Origin: Parcubacteria bacterium RAAC4_OD1_1
GTDB taxonomy: Bacteria > Patescibacteriota > Minisyncoccia > Phycocordibacterales > UBA9973
DNA: 64,000 nt
Direction: 5' to 3'
Assembly (NCBI GenBank): GCA_000505065.1
Contig: AWSN01000001.1
Span: 339,647-403,646 of the forward strand
Shown: positions 39,942 to 49,156 of the stretch, piece by piece
Numbering within the stretch: the first letter of the stretch is position 1
How the letters are laid out: every line of letters starts with the position of its first letter
Notes under the pieces: generated by a model
Database searches by the model: none
Told to the model about the DNA's origin: nothing
Seen by the model: only the letters and a program-made list of their open reading frames with translations
Position numbers and translations under genes: made by a program

Positions 39942-39982
39942 AATCTCCCAGATAGCGCCTTAAGCGCTATCTGGGAGATTTT
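39942..39982. terminator. long palindrome, probable bidirectional terminator
   Basis: AAATCTCCCAGATAGCGC-CTTAA-GCGCTATCTGGGAGATTT between convergent genes. Confidence 0.75.
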
Positions 39983-39999
39983 TAGTAATTTTTTATTTA

Positions 40000-42435
40000 C
40001 TAATTTACACAAAAACTTTGTAATTTAGAATTGGCTACACTTCTAGTCTCACTACCAACGATTCCATCATTTTTCAAATTATTATCAATCTGGAATTGTC
40101 GAACAGCAAATAGTGTAATGCTACCATATTTACCATCAATTCCACTACTATCCAAATATCCAAGCTTATTTAATATAGTTTGTAACGATTTAACTTGACT
40201 TGTATAACTAGAACCAAAATACAAATTATTACTTATAAAATTACTATTACAAGAAACATTACCCTCTAATATATTAAAGACTAAATCTTTTTCAGATTTA
40301 GTAGAGACGTAGTCTCCAGTCAATAACCCACCAACATGGCAACCCTTATCACCAATATCTATAAAACCATCTCCATCGTTATCTTTTTTATCACGACATT
40401 CTGAAGATGTAAAAAACATTGGAGAAATTGTAGTATTTGAAGGAGTTGTAGGTGCAACATTGCCTATTACGCTAGACACACACTTCTCTGACCATCTTGC
40501 ATTAAGAGTTGTTCTGGTATTTAATCCAACCACACCATCTACATATAATCCATATTTTGTTTGGAATGATTTAACTGCATTGTATGTTGCAATCCCAAAT
40601 TTACCATCTACATTAGTTGTACTTAAATATCCTAATCCATTTAACATCTTTTGTAATACATCTACTTGGCTACCTGACATACCAGATTCTAGTTTTTCAG
40701 TTAATTGTGCTCCGCAAGTCATGTCGTTAATGAAGGTGGAAGTATTTTCATATTTTTTAATCAAGATTTCTCTTTCATCTGATTGATCTGATGAAACATT
40801 CTTACCTCTTATTTTTAAAACTAAATTATAGGTAGAAGTATTATCAACTTTTGGTATGATAATTGTTTCTTCTCCATCATTTAAAGTAGAAATACTATAC
40901 GGATATGTATTATTTGGGCCCATAATAACTAAAGCAAGTTCATCTGTAGGCAAAAAACCACCAGATGTTTTCCATTTTACAGTAATTTTATCTCCAGTCT
41001 TAAACGTCTCCCCTCCATTTGGATAAGTTACAGTTATTAAAGGAGTTGTATCGTTATCACTTGCACATTTTGAATTCCACTTTGCTCTTAAAGCATCTAC
41101 TGTGAGTTTACCTGCTATTCCATCAGCTGTTAGATTATTGTCTTTCTGAAATAGTCCTACAGAATATTGGGTCAAACCATTCCAAACATATTTACCATCA
41201 ATATCTCCATACATATAACCAAAAACACTAAGCATCTTTTGTAAAGAAGTTATTTCACTAGAAGAAGCAGGAAAACCGTACTGCTGACTAAAAACAACAG
41301 AACCCCTATTTGTTTTTAAATATTCAAAATCAGGAAATCCAGCTTTACATACCTCATCTAAACTAACAGATGAATTTAATTTTGGAGCAGTGTCAACGGT
41401 TCCACAAGATATATATTGATACCAATCTCCTGAGCAAGTCTTACCACCGTTTTGAGGAGTTGGATTTGTACATCTTCTTACTTGTTTTTGTTGATTATTT
41501 GTACAAGTTCCAGAGTCTATCCAAGCACTCCACCCTCCATCAATAGGATCAGTTATAGTCCCAGTTCTCTGAACACATTTTGTAGACATTGTTGTATAAG
41601 TATATGCTCCTGCATTCCCTGCTGCTCTCCATGTATCTATAGTTTCATTTTTGTAATTCTCTACACTTATAGTATTTGGATACCATCTTTTACAATATGT
41701 AAGTTTATCTAAAATCGCACCTGATGATCCATCTGGATCAGTTTGCCAAACACCAGATCCATCAGTAGAAATATGCTGATTAACTTTTCCCCACCAATAC
41801 ATTATACGAGGAGTTGGATCGTTTACATCGGTAGTAGCAGTACAACTTACACTTCTTCCAATACTTCCTACACACCCTGCTCCACCATTTGCTGGAGCAG
41901 GGTTTGTACAAGATCTGATCTGTGGTTTCATTCCATCAACACAATCTCCATAATCTGCCCAATCTGTCCAACCACCAGGAACTGCAACAGCAGTATTTGC
42001 TGATTTTGTTTCAGAAGTTAGCTGTACACATTTGAAAGACATTTTAGTTCCAGTGTATGCTCCTCTATTTCCTGCAGCTCTCCAAGTATCTATTGTTTCA
42101 TTTTTATAATCTTCTACAGAAACAGTATTGGTCCAAAATTTTTTACAATAAGTAAGCTTATCTAAATTAGCACCTGAGGATCCATCAGAGTCTGTCTGCC
42201 AAACACCATTACTATCTATATGTTGGTTCACCATACCCCACCAATACATTATACGAGGAGTCATATCATTTGTAGCAGAAAGAGCTGTAGCCATCTGACT
42301 ACCTTTAAGTAAAGCAATCTGTACCCTTAATTCACCCACTTCTTTTTTGAGATCATCTAAAAGTGAAGCATCTGCAAACTTCACAAAACTAAAAACTAAA
42401 ACAAAAGAAACCAATCCGACTAAAAATTTTTTCAT
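40000..42435 (-). CDS. secreted modular surface protein: 2x unrecognised 'MYWWG' domain, 2x TSP1, Ig-like, 3x peptidoglycan-binding
   Basis: Signal peptide; WxxW..C...R.CTNP.P.NGG..C (TSP1); LQ..L..LGY...DG.FG..T..AV..FQ...L..DG.VG (PG_binding_1); ITVTYPNGGE. Confidence 0.85.
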   Translation of the reverse strand: MKKFLVGLVSFVLVFSFVKFADASLLDDLKKEVGELRVQIALLKGSQMATALSATNDMTPRIMYWWGMVNQHIDSNGVWQTDSDGSSGANLDKLTYCKKFWTNTVSVEDYKNETIDTWRAAGNRGAYTGTKMSFKCVQLTSETKSANTAVAVPGGWTDWADYGDCVDGMKPQIRSCTNPAPANGGAGCVGSIGRSVSCTATTDVNDPTPRIMYWWGKVNQHISTDGSGVWQTDPDGSSGAILDKLTYCKRWYPNTISVENYKNETIDTWRAAGNAGAYTYTTMSTKCVQRTGTITDPIDGGWSAWIDSGTCTNNQQKQVRRCTNPTPQNGGKTCSGDWYQYISCGTVDTAPKLNSSVSLDEVCKAGFPDFEYLKTNRGSVVFSQQYGFPASSSEITSLQKMLSVFGYMYGDIDGKYVWNGLTQYSVGLFQKDNNLTADGIAGKLTVDALRAKWNSKCASDNDTTPLITVTYPNGGETFKTGDKITVKWKTSGGFLPTDELALVIMGPNNTYPYSISTLNDGEETIIIPKVDNTSTYNLVLKIRGKNVSSDQSDEREILIKKYENTSTFINDMTCGAQLTEKLESGMSGSQVDVLQKMLNGLGYLSTTNVDGKFGIATYNAVKSFQTKYGLYVDGVVGLNTRTTLNARWSEKCVSSVIGNVAPTTPSNTTISPMFFTSSECRDKKDNDGDGFIDIGDKGCHVGGLLTGDYVSTKSEKDLVFNILEGNVSCNSNFISNNLYFGSSYTSQVKSLQTILNKLGYLDSSGIDGKYGSITLFAVRQFQIDNNLKNDGIVGSETRSVANSKLQSFCVN

Positions 42436-42489
42436 AATATTTACAATAAAACTAATAATAATCGACTAATAACAAAAAAATAATAAAAA

Positions 42490-44025
42490 CTAATCTAAAT
42501 TTAATAACTCAAATTTAATACGGTCCAAAACTTCATCATTATTTATAAATCCACTAACATTTAAATTATTATTTTTTTGATACTCAACGACAGCCAAACG
42601 TGTCTTCTCTCCATAAATTCCATCTATTTTATCTATATTATACCCTTTATCTTTTAAGATTTTCTGTAAAAGTTTTACATCATTACCAGACACTCCGACA
42701 ACTAAATCTCTATAAAAAGAAACATTTACTAAGTCTAATTCTTTATATTCCTGATTTTCTTGTTCTATAATTGGATTTATTTCAGGAATAGTGGCTACAC
42801 AATCAACTTCTTCATTATTAATATCAAAACACATATTTTCATTATCTACAATAGGCAATACAGAAGGTAATGTTTTCTCAGAAATACATTCTATAGACAT
42901 CTTTGTGGCTGTATAAGCTCCGGTATTTTTAACCGCTCTCCATGTATTGATAGTTTCATTTTTATAGTCTTTTGTATTTGTGATATTTAATTTTGGATAC
43001 CATTTCTTACAATATGTAAGTTTATCTAAATTTGCTCCAGAAACTCCATCTGGGTCTGTTTGCCAAACTCCAGCATTATCTATATGCTGATTAACTTTTC
43101 CCCACCAATACATTATACGAGGAGTTTTATCTATGTTTGTATCAATAATTGTCGGTAAACATTCTTTTCCTGTTATGGTGCTAAATTTATTTCCAAAACC
43201 ACAACCAATATATGGGTCTACAATAACTAATGTATCATCTTCTGGGTCTCCAGGTTGTACACATTTCATAGACATTTTTGTAGATGTCCAATTATTTTTA
43301 TTTCCTCTTTCTTTCCACTTATCGATAGTTTCCAATTTATGATCAATAACTTTTATAGTCTTTGGATACCATTTCTTACAATATGTAAGTTTATCTAAAT
43401 TTGCTCCAGAGACTCCATCTGGGTCTGTTTGCCAAACTCCAGTATTGTCTATATGCTGATTAACCTTACCCCACCAATACATTATACGAGGAGTTTTATC
43501 ATTTGTGGTAATTTTATCAGTAATAATTTTAGTTTTATCTATAGATAATTTGTAAATTAAGCCACCAGGATTTAATTTTGGATCTGTGTGAATTGAAGAA
43601 TTATTTACAACTGTAAATTTTACAGTATTATTCCCTTGTTTTAAATAATTTGTTATATCTCTTGTTGTGATATAAGTAAACGCACTACCTAAATAATTAT
43701 CTTCAAAAATAATATTGTTAATTTCTAGTATATAACCATTATCTGTAGCAAATTGTATTTGTGCTGAATTAATATCATTTTCTATGGTAAAAGTTTTTGT
43801 AAAAGTTTCAACTTCTCCATTTATAGAGTTAGAAGCATAATATGAATTCCATATCCAAAAAGCACCAGGGATACTAACCCATTTTTTATTTTTCCATGCA
43901 TAAACAGCATTGTCTCCATTACTTAATATATCTGTATTATCACTATATATATTTAAAGTATCAGCACTAGAAATACCTCCAAATGAAATAAATAAAACAA
44001 ATATGAATAATATTTTTTTTAGCAT
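42490..44025 (-). CDS. secreted modular surface protein: beta-sandwich/lectin-like, 2x 'MYWWG' domain, peptidoglycan-binding
   Basis: Signal peptide; WIW...FTKTF...TDN...NPGGL; two TPRIMYWWGKVNQH repeats; C-terminal PG_binding_1. Confidence 0.85.
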   Translation of the reverse strand: MLKKILFIFVLFISFGGISSADTLNIYSDNTDILSNGDNAVYAWKNKKWVSIPGAFWIWNSYYASNSINGEVETFTKTFTIENDINSAQIQFATDNGYILEINNIIFEDNYLGSAFTYITTRDITNYLKQGNNTVKFTVVNNSSIHTDPKLNPGGLIYKLSIDKTKIITDKITTNDKTPRIMYWWGKVNQHIDNTGVWQTDPDGVSGANLDKLTYCKKWYPKTIKVIDHKLETIDKWKERGNKNNWTSTKMSMKCVQPGDPEDDTLVIVDPYIGCGFGNKFSTITGKECLPTIIDTNIDKTPRIMYWWGKVNQHIDNAGVWQTDPDGVSGANLDKLTYCKKWYPKLNITNTKDYKNETINTWRAVKNTGAYTATKMSIECISEKTLPSVLPIVDNENMCFDINNEEVDCVATIPEINPIIEQENQEYKELDLVNVSFYRDLVVGVSGNDVKLLQKILKDKGYNIDKIDGIYGEKTRLAVVEYQKNNNLNVSGFINNDEVLDRIKFELLNLD

Positions 44026-44121
44026 TTTTTTATTATTATATTGATAAAAAACTATATATATTATACACCTTATAAAATCTTAGGTAAATAGTAAAAATGC
44101 CACCTCGTGGTGGCATTTTTA

Positions 44122-44322
44122 CTATTTAGCTATATAAGGCAATAACCCCATAAATCTAGATCTTTTCACAGCTAATGCTAATTTCCTTTGATTTTTAGAA
44201 GTAACATTTGTGCGTTTTTTAGACATTATTTTCCCACTAGGAGTAAGGAACCTTTTCAATAGTTCTACATCTTTATAGTCAATATGTTTTATGTTATTTG
44301 ATGAAAAATAATCTTGCTTCAT
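44122..44322 (-). CDS. rpsR: 30S ribosomal protein bS18 (Zn-free type)
   Basis: IDYKDVELLKRF...GKI...T....QR.LA.AVKRSR..GLLPY. Confidence 0.97.
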   Translation of the reverse strand: MKQDYFSSNNIKHIDYKDVELLKRFLTPSGKIMSKKRTNVTSKNQRKLALAVKRSRFMGLLPYIAK

Positions 44323-44326
44323 AATT

Positions 44327-44415
44327 TAGTTTCTAGTGACTAGTTTATAGTGACTAAAATTTATTAATTCTTTTAATTTGACTAGCAACTACAATCTAGC
44401 TACTAATCACTATCT
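44327..44415. repeat. inverted pair of degenerate 7-bp TAG-periodic tandem repeats
   Basis: TAGTTTC TAGTGAC TAGTTTA TAGTGAC, then inverted ACTAGCA ACTACAA TCTAGCT ACTAATC ACTATCT. Confidence 0.6.
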
Positions 44416-44420
44416 TAATC

Positions 44421-44867
44421 TTAAAATGGTATATCTTCGACATTTATCTGTTCATCTGGATATTCTATAGTATCTAATTCTTCTTCTTTTGGAGAGTCTT
44501 GTTTTGTATTATCTGAACTCATTGATGGTCTTCCAGAAGAACTATTTCCAAATTGGACACGATCAGCAATAATTTCAGTTCTATATTTCTTTGTATTTGT
44601 AGCTGTATCATCCCAAGATCTTGTCTGCATTCTACCTTCTATCATAACTTGACTACCCTTTTTCATATATTGTGCTACTGTTTCTGCTTGTCTTCCGAAA
44701 ACTACAATATTGTGATAATCAGCAGATTCCTGTTTTTGACCATTTTTATCTTTCCAAACACGATTAGTCGCAACAGAGAAACTACAAACCTTGATTCCAG
44801 AAGGTATAGCTCTGATCTCTGGATCACGAGTTAAATTACCTATTATAAATGCTTTATTTAGATACAT
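44421..44867 (-). CDS. ssb: single-stranded DNA-binding protein
   Basis: NKAFIIGNLTRDPE, EGRMQTRSW, C-terminal DIPF. Confidence 0.97.
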   Translation of the reverse strand: MYLNKAFIIGNLTRDPEIRAIPSGIKVCSFSVATNRVWKDKNGQKQESADYHNIVVFGRQAETVAQYMKKGSQVMIEGRMQTRSWDDTATNTKKYRTEIIADRVQFGNSSSGRPSMSSDNTKQDSPKEEELDTIEYPDEQINVEDIPF

Positions 44868-44983
44868 CCCATTAGAAGTAGGTCGCGGTCTTAAATAACA
44901 CCTACTTGATTAATTTGATTCGACATAATAATAAACAATATATTTCATATCCCATAAGAATTGCGACCGCAACTTCTAACGGG
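44868..44983. repeat. family D element (CCCRTTAGAAGT...ACTTCTAACGGG) at the ssb start
   Basis: Terminal IRs flanked by ATACAT direct repeats (44862-44867 and 44984-44989), which are ssb codons 1-2. Confidence 0.8.
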
Positions 44984-44994
44984 ATACATAATTA

Positions 44995-45486
44995 TTATAC
45001 CACAAGTGCGTCAATTTCTTTGTCTATTGTTTCTTCACTTACTTTCTCTGTTTCTTCAACACGTGGAGTAACTTTTCTTTTAGAATCTTGTCTATTATAA
45101 GAACGTTTTACAGACATTGTGTTTTCTCGAACAGTTTTAACAAGAAGATATCTGATGATTTTTTCATTCTTATCAAGAGCTTCTTTTATTTCTTGTGCTC
45201 CATTAGTAGAACATTCAAATTTAACCCAACCAAAATATCCATAAGAAAACTTTTGTTTCTTATTGTTAACAGAACGAGTCATTTCATACGCAAGCTCTAT
45301 TAGTTTAGGATATTCATCAGAAATAAAAACTGCTCCATAAGAAGAAAGAGAATCTTTGAAAGATGTCACTTCTCCACCGAGATTTTCTTCTGCAATAGAA
45401 GGTACCATAAGGTATCCTATCTCATAAATAGAAGTCTTTACATCTTTTTCTTCAACGATAACTTCCTCTTTATTTACTTTAACCAT
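44995..45486 (-). CDS. rpsF: 30S ribosomal protein bS6
   Basis: YEIGYL..P, LAYEM, GYF, IIRYLLVK; rpsF-ssb-rpsR synteny. Confidence 0.93.
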   Translation of the reverse strand: MVKVNKEEVIVEEKDVKTSIYEIGYLMVPSIAEENLGGEVTSFKDSLSSYGAVFISDEYPKLIELAYEMTRSVNNKKQKFSYGYFGWVKFECSTNGAQEIKEALDKNEKIIRYLLVKTVRENTMSVKRSYNRQDSKRKVTPRVEETEKVSEETIDKEIDALVV

Positions 45487-45614
45487 AAATTAATTAAATT
45501 TTAAAAAATAATAAAACACTTCACTATGGACCTTTGTGTGCTAGCTTCAGTGCTAGAACAAGTGAAATGTGTCTTTATATTAACAAAAAAATAGCCTTTT
45601 GTCCAGACTAAAAT

Positions 45615-45700
45615 CGAAACAAACTTTTTCAAGAAAAAATGTCTGGCACCGGCCCCCCCTAAATCCGAGGACTTTTTTATTGATAAAGTTTGTGAAGATT
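45615..45700 (+). repeat. dispersed repeat, family B
   Basis: GAAAAAATGTCTGGCACCGG...TCCGAGGACTTTTT...GAAG, second copy at 59334-59425. Confidence 0.75.
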
Positions 45701-45702
45701 TT

Positions 45703-46566
45703 TTATATTTTAAAAAGTTTTTTAGCATTTTCTAATATCTGAATAGCAACTTTTTCCTCATCCAATCTTTTTATCTCTGCAATCTTTTTTACTATATCTT
45801 TAACATAAACAGATTCATTTCTTTTCCCCCTATGTGGAACAGGGGCGACATAAGGGCTATCTGTGTCTGCCATAATCCTATCTAACGGTAATTCTTTTAT
45901 AATTTCTTCATAATTTATTTTTCTTGGATCATTTTTTTTTGGAGGATAAGTTATAACCCCAGCAAAAGAAACATAAAAACCAAAATCAATAAAATCTTTC
46001 GCGTCTTTTAGAGTCCCAGCAAAAAAATGTATCACACCTTTGACCTTAGAATATTTTTTCAATATTTCAAGTACATCCTGATAGGCACTTATATTTAAAT
46101 TCTCATCACTATTTCTTATGTGGAGCATTAGGGGTATTTCTAACTCATTAGCAAGCTCTATCTGGTCTATAAAAGCTTTCTTTTGTTTTTCTACACTATC
46201 GGGAGATAAATGATAATAATCAAGTCCACACTCACCTACTCCTACTACCTTCCCTATTTTAGTAAGCTCTCTGTATTTATTTTTATCAAAAATTTCACCA
46301 CGTGAAGTAAATTCTTTTTCTTCACTTCCGAGCTCACTTTCATCATGATATGAGGTGCTCGTATGTATAGGGTGAAGCCCAATAGTAGAATAAACCCCCT
46401 CTTTGTATTTATTCGTCATCTCTACAGCCTTTTTTGAAGTATCATATTGTGTGCCGATATTTATTACCCAAGTATCTCCCTCTAATGCACGAGAAATAAC
46501 AGCATCACGATCTTCATCAAATGCCACAAAATTAATATGTGCATGTATGTCTATATATTTAGGCAT
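45703..46566 (-). CDS. tatD: TatD family nuclease
   Basis: DIHAH, GLHP, GECGLDY, LHIR, HFF, DTDSPY. Confidence 0.95.
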   Translation of the reverse strand: MPKYIDIHAHINFVAFDEDRDAVISRALEGDTWVINIGTQYDTSKKAVEMTNKYKEGVYSTIGLHPIHTSTSYHDESELGSEEKEFTSRGEIFDKNKYRELTKIGKVVGVGECGLDYYHLSPDSVEKQKKAFIDQIELANELEIPLMLHIRNSDENLNISAYQDVLEILKKYSKVKGVIHFFAGTLKDAKDFIDFGFYVSFAGVITYPPKKNDPRKINYEEIIKELPLDRIMADTDSPYVAPVPHRGKRNESVYVKDIVKKIAEIKRLDEEKVAIQILENAKKLFKI

Positions 46567-46567
46567 A

Positions 46568-48031
46568 TTATTTCCTTAAAAATAATGAAGTTTCTGGCTT
46601 TTTGTTTTGCTTAATTAATTCTTGAATTTTTTGAGATGTTTCTGGAAGCAATGGAACAAGCATCTTAGATATTACAAAGAGATTTAAAACATTTTCTCTT
46701 ATTAATTCTTTTCCTTTTTCCAGATCAACTTTTACAATCTTGAATGGTTCTGTCTCTTGAATTCTTTTATCTAATTCCCCTACTTTCTCCCATATAAAGG
46801 AAGCCGCTTTTTGTATATCAAAATTGTCTAAGTGAGCAAAAAATTCCGTAGGAATTTTTTGCTCTTCTAAATTTAAATTAGCATCCAAATATTTTTCAGA
46901 AAGTGTAAGGATTCTCGAAGTTAAATTACCTAATCCATTTGCGAGGCCTGAGTTATATGCATCCTTAAATCTCTCCATTGTAAAAGGACTATCTTCAAAG
47001 CTCCCTACTTCACGAAGAAGAAAATATCTAAGAGCATCTATACCATATTCGGCCACGATATCTCTCGGGTCCACTACATTACCCAATGTCTTTGACATTC
47101 TTATCCCTCCTTCACCAGTAATAAATCCATTGATAATTATCTGATGCGAATTTGGTACATTTGCAGCCATAAGCATCGCTTGCCACATAGCAGCCTGAAA
47201 TCGAATATTGTCTTTCCCACAATACTGAGTAGGATTTCCATTTACCCAATATTTTATAAATTTCTCACTTTTTAAAAGTTCATCTAAGGTCTCTATTCCG
47301 TCATCTGCAAGTGTTGATATATAATTAGTAAGAGCATCAAACCATACATACATCACCTGTGAAGGATCTCCTGGTACTTCGATCCCCCATGGCATTTTTT
47401 CTTTAAGTCTTGATATAGAAAAATCCTGCAGACCATTTTTCACAAAATTCTTTATCTCATTCAAGCGAAAATCAGGTATGACAAAATTTGTATTTTTCTC
47501 ATACAAATCTAAAAGTTTATTTCCAAAAAGACTATATTTGAAAAAGTAATTCTCCTCATTGATTATTTTAAGTTCATGCCCTGGATGAAGTGGACATTCA
47601 TTATTTACAAGCTCACTATCTGTCTTTTCACTTTCACACCCAGCACAATATTTAGCTTCATAAGCCTTTTTATATATATAACCATTCTTTTCTACTACTC
47701 TCCAAAAATCTTGAGCAATTTTTATATGCTTCTCATCTGTTGTTCTTATAAAATGAACATCTTCTAGTATTCCAAATATTTTTATTTGTTCTCTAAAAGT
47801 CTCAAAACTTTGATTAACAAAATCTTGAGGAGATATTCCTAGGTTGTATGCTTTATCATAAATCTTTACTCCGTGTTCATCTGTCCCAGTATTAAAATAT
47901 ACATCACATCCTATTAGCTTTTTATATCTAGCAATAGCATCTGTTCTAACAAATTCAAGAGCATGCCCTAAATGAAGTGGTGCATTTACATAAGGAAGAG
48001 TTGTTGTTATAAAAAAATTTTTATCATTCAT
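46568..48031 (-). CDS. metG: methionine--tRNA ligase
   Basis: PYVNAPLHLGH, TGTDEHG, YVWFDAL, RMSKT. Confidence 0.96.
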   Translation of the reverse strand: MNDKNFFITTTLPYVNAPLHLGHALEFVRTDAIARYKKLIGCDVYFNTGTDEHGVKIYDKAYNLGISPQDFVNQSFETFREQIKIFGILEDVHFIRTTDEKHIKIAQDFWRVVEKNGYIYKKAYEAKYCAGCESEKTDSELVNNECPLHPGHELKIINEENYFFKYSLFGNKLLDLYEKNTNFVIPDFRLNEIKNFVKNGLQDFSISRLKEKMPWGIEVPGDPSQVMYVWFDALTNYISTLADDGIETLDELLKSEKFIKYWVNGNPTQYCGKDNIRFQAAMWQAMLMAANVPNSHQIIINGFITGEGGIRMSKTLGNVVDPRDIVAEYGIDALRYFLLREVGSFEDSPFTMERFKDAYNSGLANGLGNLTSRILTLSEKYLDANLNLEEQKIPTEFFAHLDNFDIQKAASFIWEKVGELDKRIQETEPFKIVKVDLEKGKELIRENVLNLFVISKMLVPLLPETSQKIQELIKQNKKPETSLFLRK

Positions 48032-48032
48032 A

Positions 48033-49112
48033 TTAAGATTGTTCTTTATGCTCTTTAAAAATATTTTTCTTTTTCTCGATATCGTAATAAAGTTCAAACA
48101 AAAATACTGAAATAGGTATAGCGAGAACTATCCCCCAAAAACCTGCTAAGTGTCCACCAATCAATACAGAAAGTATTACAACCAAAGGAGAAATACCTAT
48201 GACATTTTTAACAATAAGCGGATAGATAAGGTAATTTTCAAATTGGTGAAGTATAAAAAACATAGCAGCTGCAATAATAGCAAGCGTAACCCCTCCATCC
48301 AAATAACTAAAAACAGTAGCAGGAATCATTGCAACAAATATTCCAAATGGTATAAGTTCACAAAATGCAGTAAGTATTGCAATAATCAAAGAGTATTTGA
48401 CCCCCATAATTGTAAGACCTAAATAAACCAAAATACCCATAATGACACCCAAAAGAAGCTGTCCCTGAAACCAAAGACCAATCTTTCTCTCTGTTCTTCT
48501 CCAAAGATCTATTACATATTCTTCTTGATTGTAAGGGGTAATTATTCTCAAAAAATTTTCTACTCCTCTTTCTGTCAGAGAAAGGAATATTGATAATATA
48601 AAAATAATAACTAAATTAAATATTCCACCAAAAGCTTGACCAAATACATTAAAAAATCCACCAGACAAACTATTTATCATTCCTCTTCCTGATTGAATCA
48701 CATTTTCAATCGAAGAATTCGAGGTAATATCAGAAACAACATCTTTAGCACCAGTTATAGTTTCAGGCTGAAAAGTATTTAAAACACTTGTATCAGGAAT
48801 ATATTTACCAAGTGAATTTACTAAAAGAGACATCTCTTCTATAAATACTGGTAAAAAAATAGATGACAATCCTACTAATGTTGCAATAACGATAAAGTAT
48901 ATTATAAAAACTATTAATGCTCTATTTTTAATATATTTTTTAAATTTCAGAACTGCATATTCAACAAAAGAAGCGATCACGATAGATGTAAGAATTATAA
49001 GGATCACATTATAGAGCTTAAATAAAGCAAAGACTAAAAAACCAAAAAGTACCACTCTTATGATAGTGCTATTAGATATATTTATATTCATATTTTGTGG
49101 ATTATTCTCCAT
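48033..49112 (-). CDS. AI-2E family transporter
   Basis: GQLLL, ELIP, QFEN.LI.P, G..AG.WGIVLAIP. Confidence 0.9.
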   Translation of the reverse strand: MENNPQNMNINISNSTIIRVVLFGFLVFALFKLYNVILIILTSIVIASFVEYAVLKFKKYIKNRALIVFIIYFIVIATLVGLSSIFLPVFIEEMSLLVNSLGKYIPDTSVLNTFQPETITGAKDVVSDITSNSSIENVIQSGRGMINSLSGGFFNVFGQAFGGIFNLVIIFILSIFLSLTERGVENFLRIITPYNQEEYVIDLWRRTERKIGLWFQGQLLLGVIMGILVYLGLTIMGVKYSLIIAILTAFCELIPFGIFVAMIPATVFSYLDGGVTLAIIAAAMFFILHQFENYLIYPLIVKNVIGISPLVVILSVLIGGHLAGFWGIVLAIPISVFLFELYYDIEKKKNIFKEHKEQS

Positions 49113-49156
49113 AAGCATATATTATCACAAAATCATAATTTAGGTTAATTAAATAT

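Noticed and set aside
41560-43505. CRISPR array or DGR template/variable repeat (CCACCAATACATTATACGAGGAGT occurs four times)
   Set aside because: The repeats are in-frame protein-domain copies hundreds of bp apart. Differences between copies are not adenine-specific, and no cas or reverse transcriptase gene is present.
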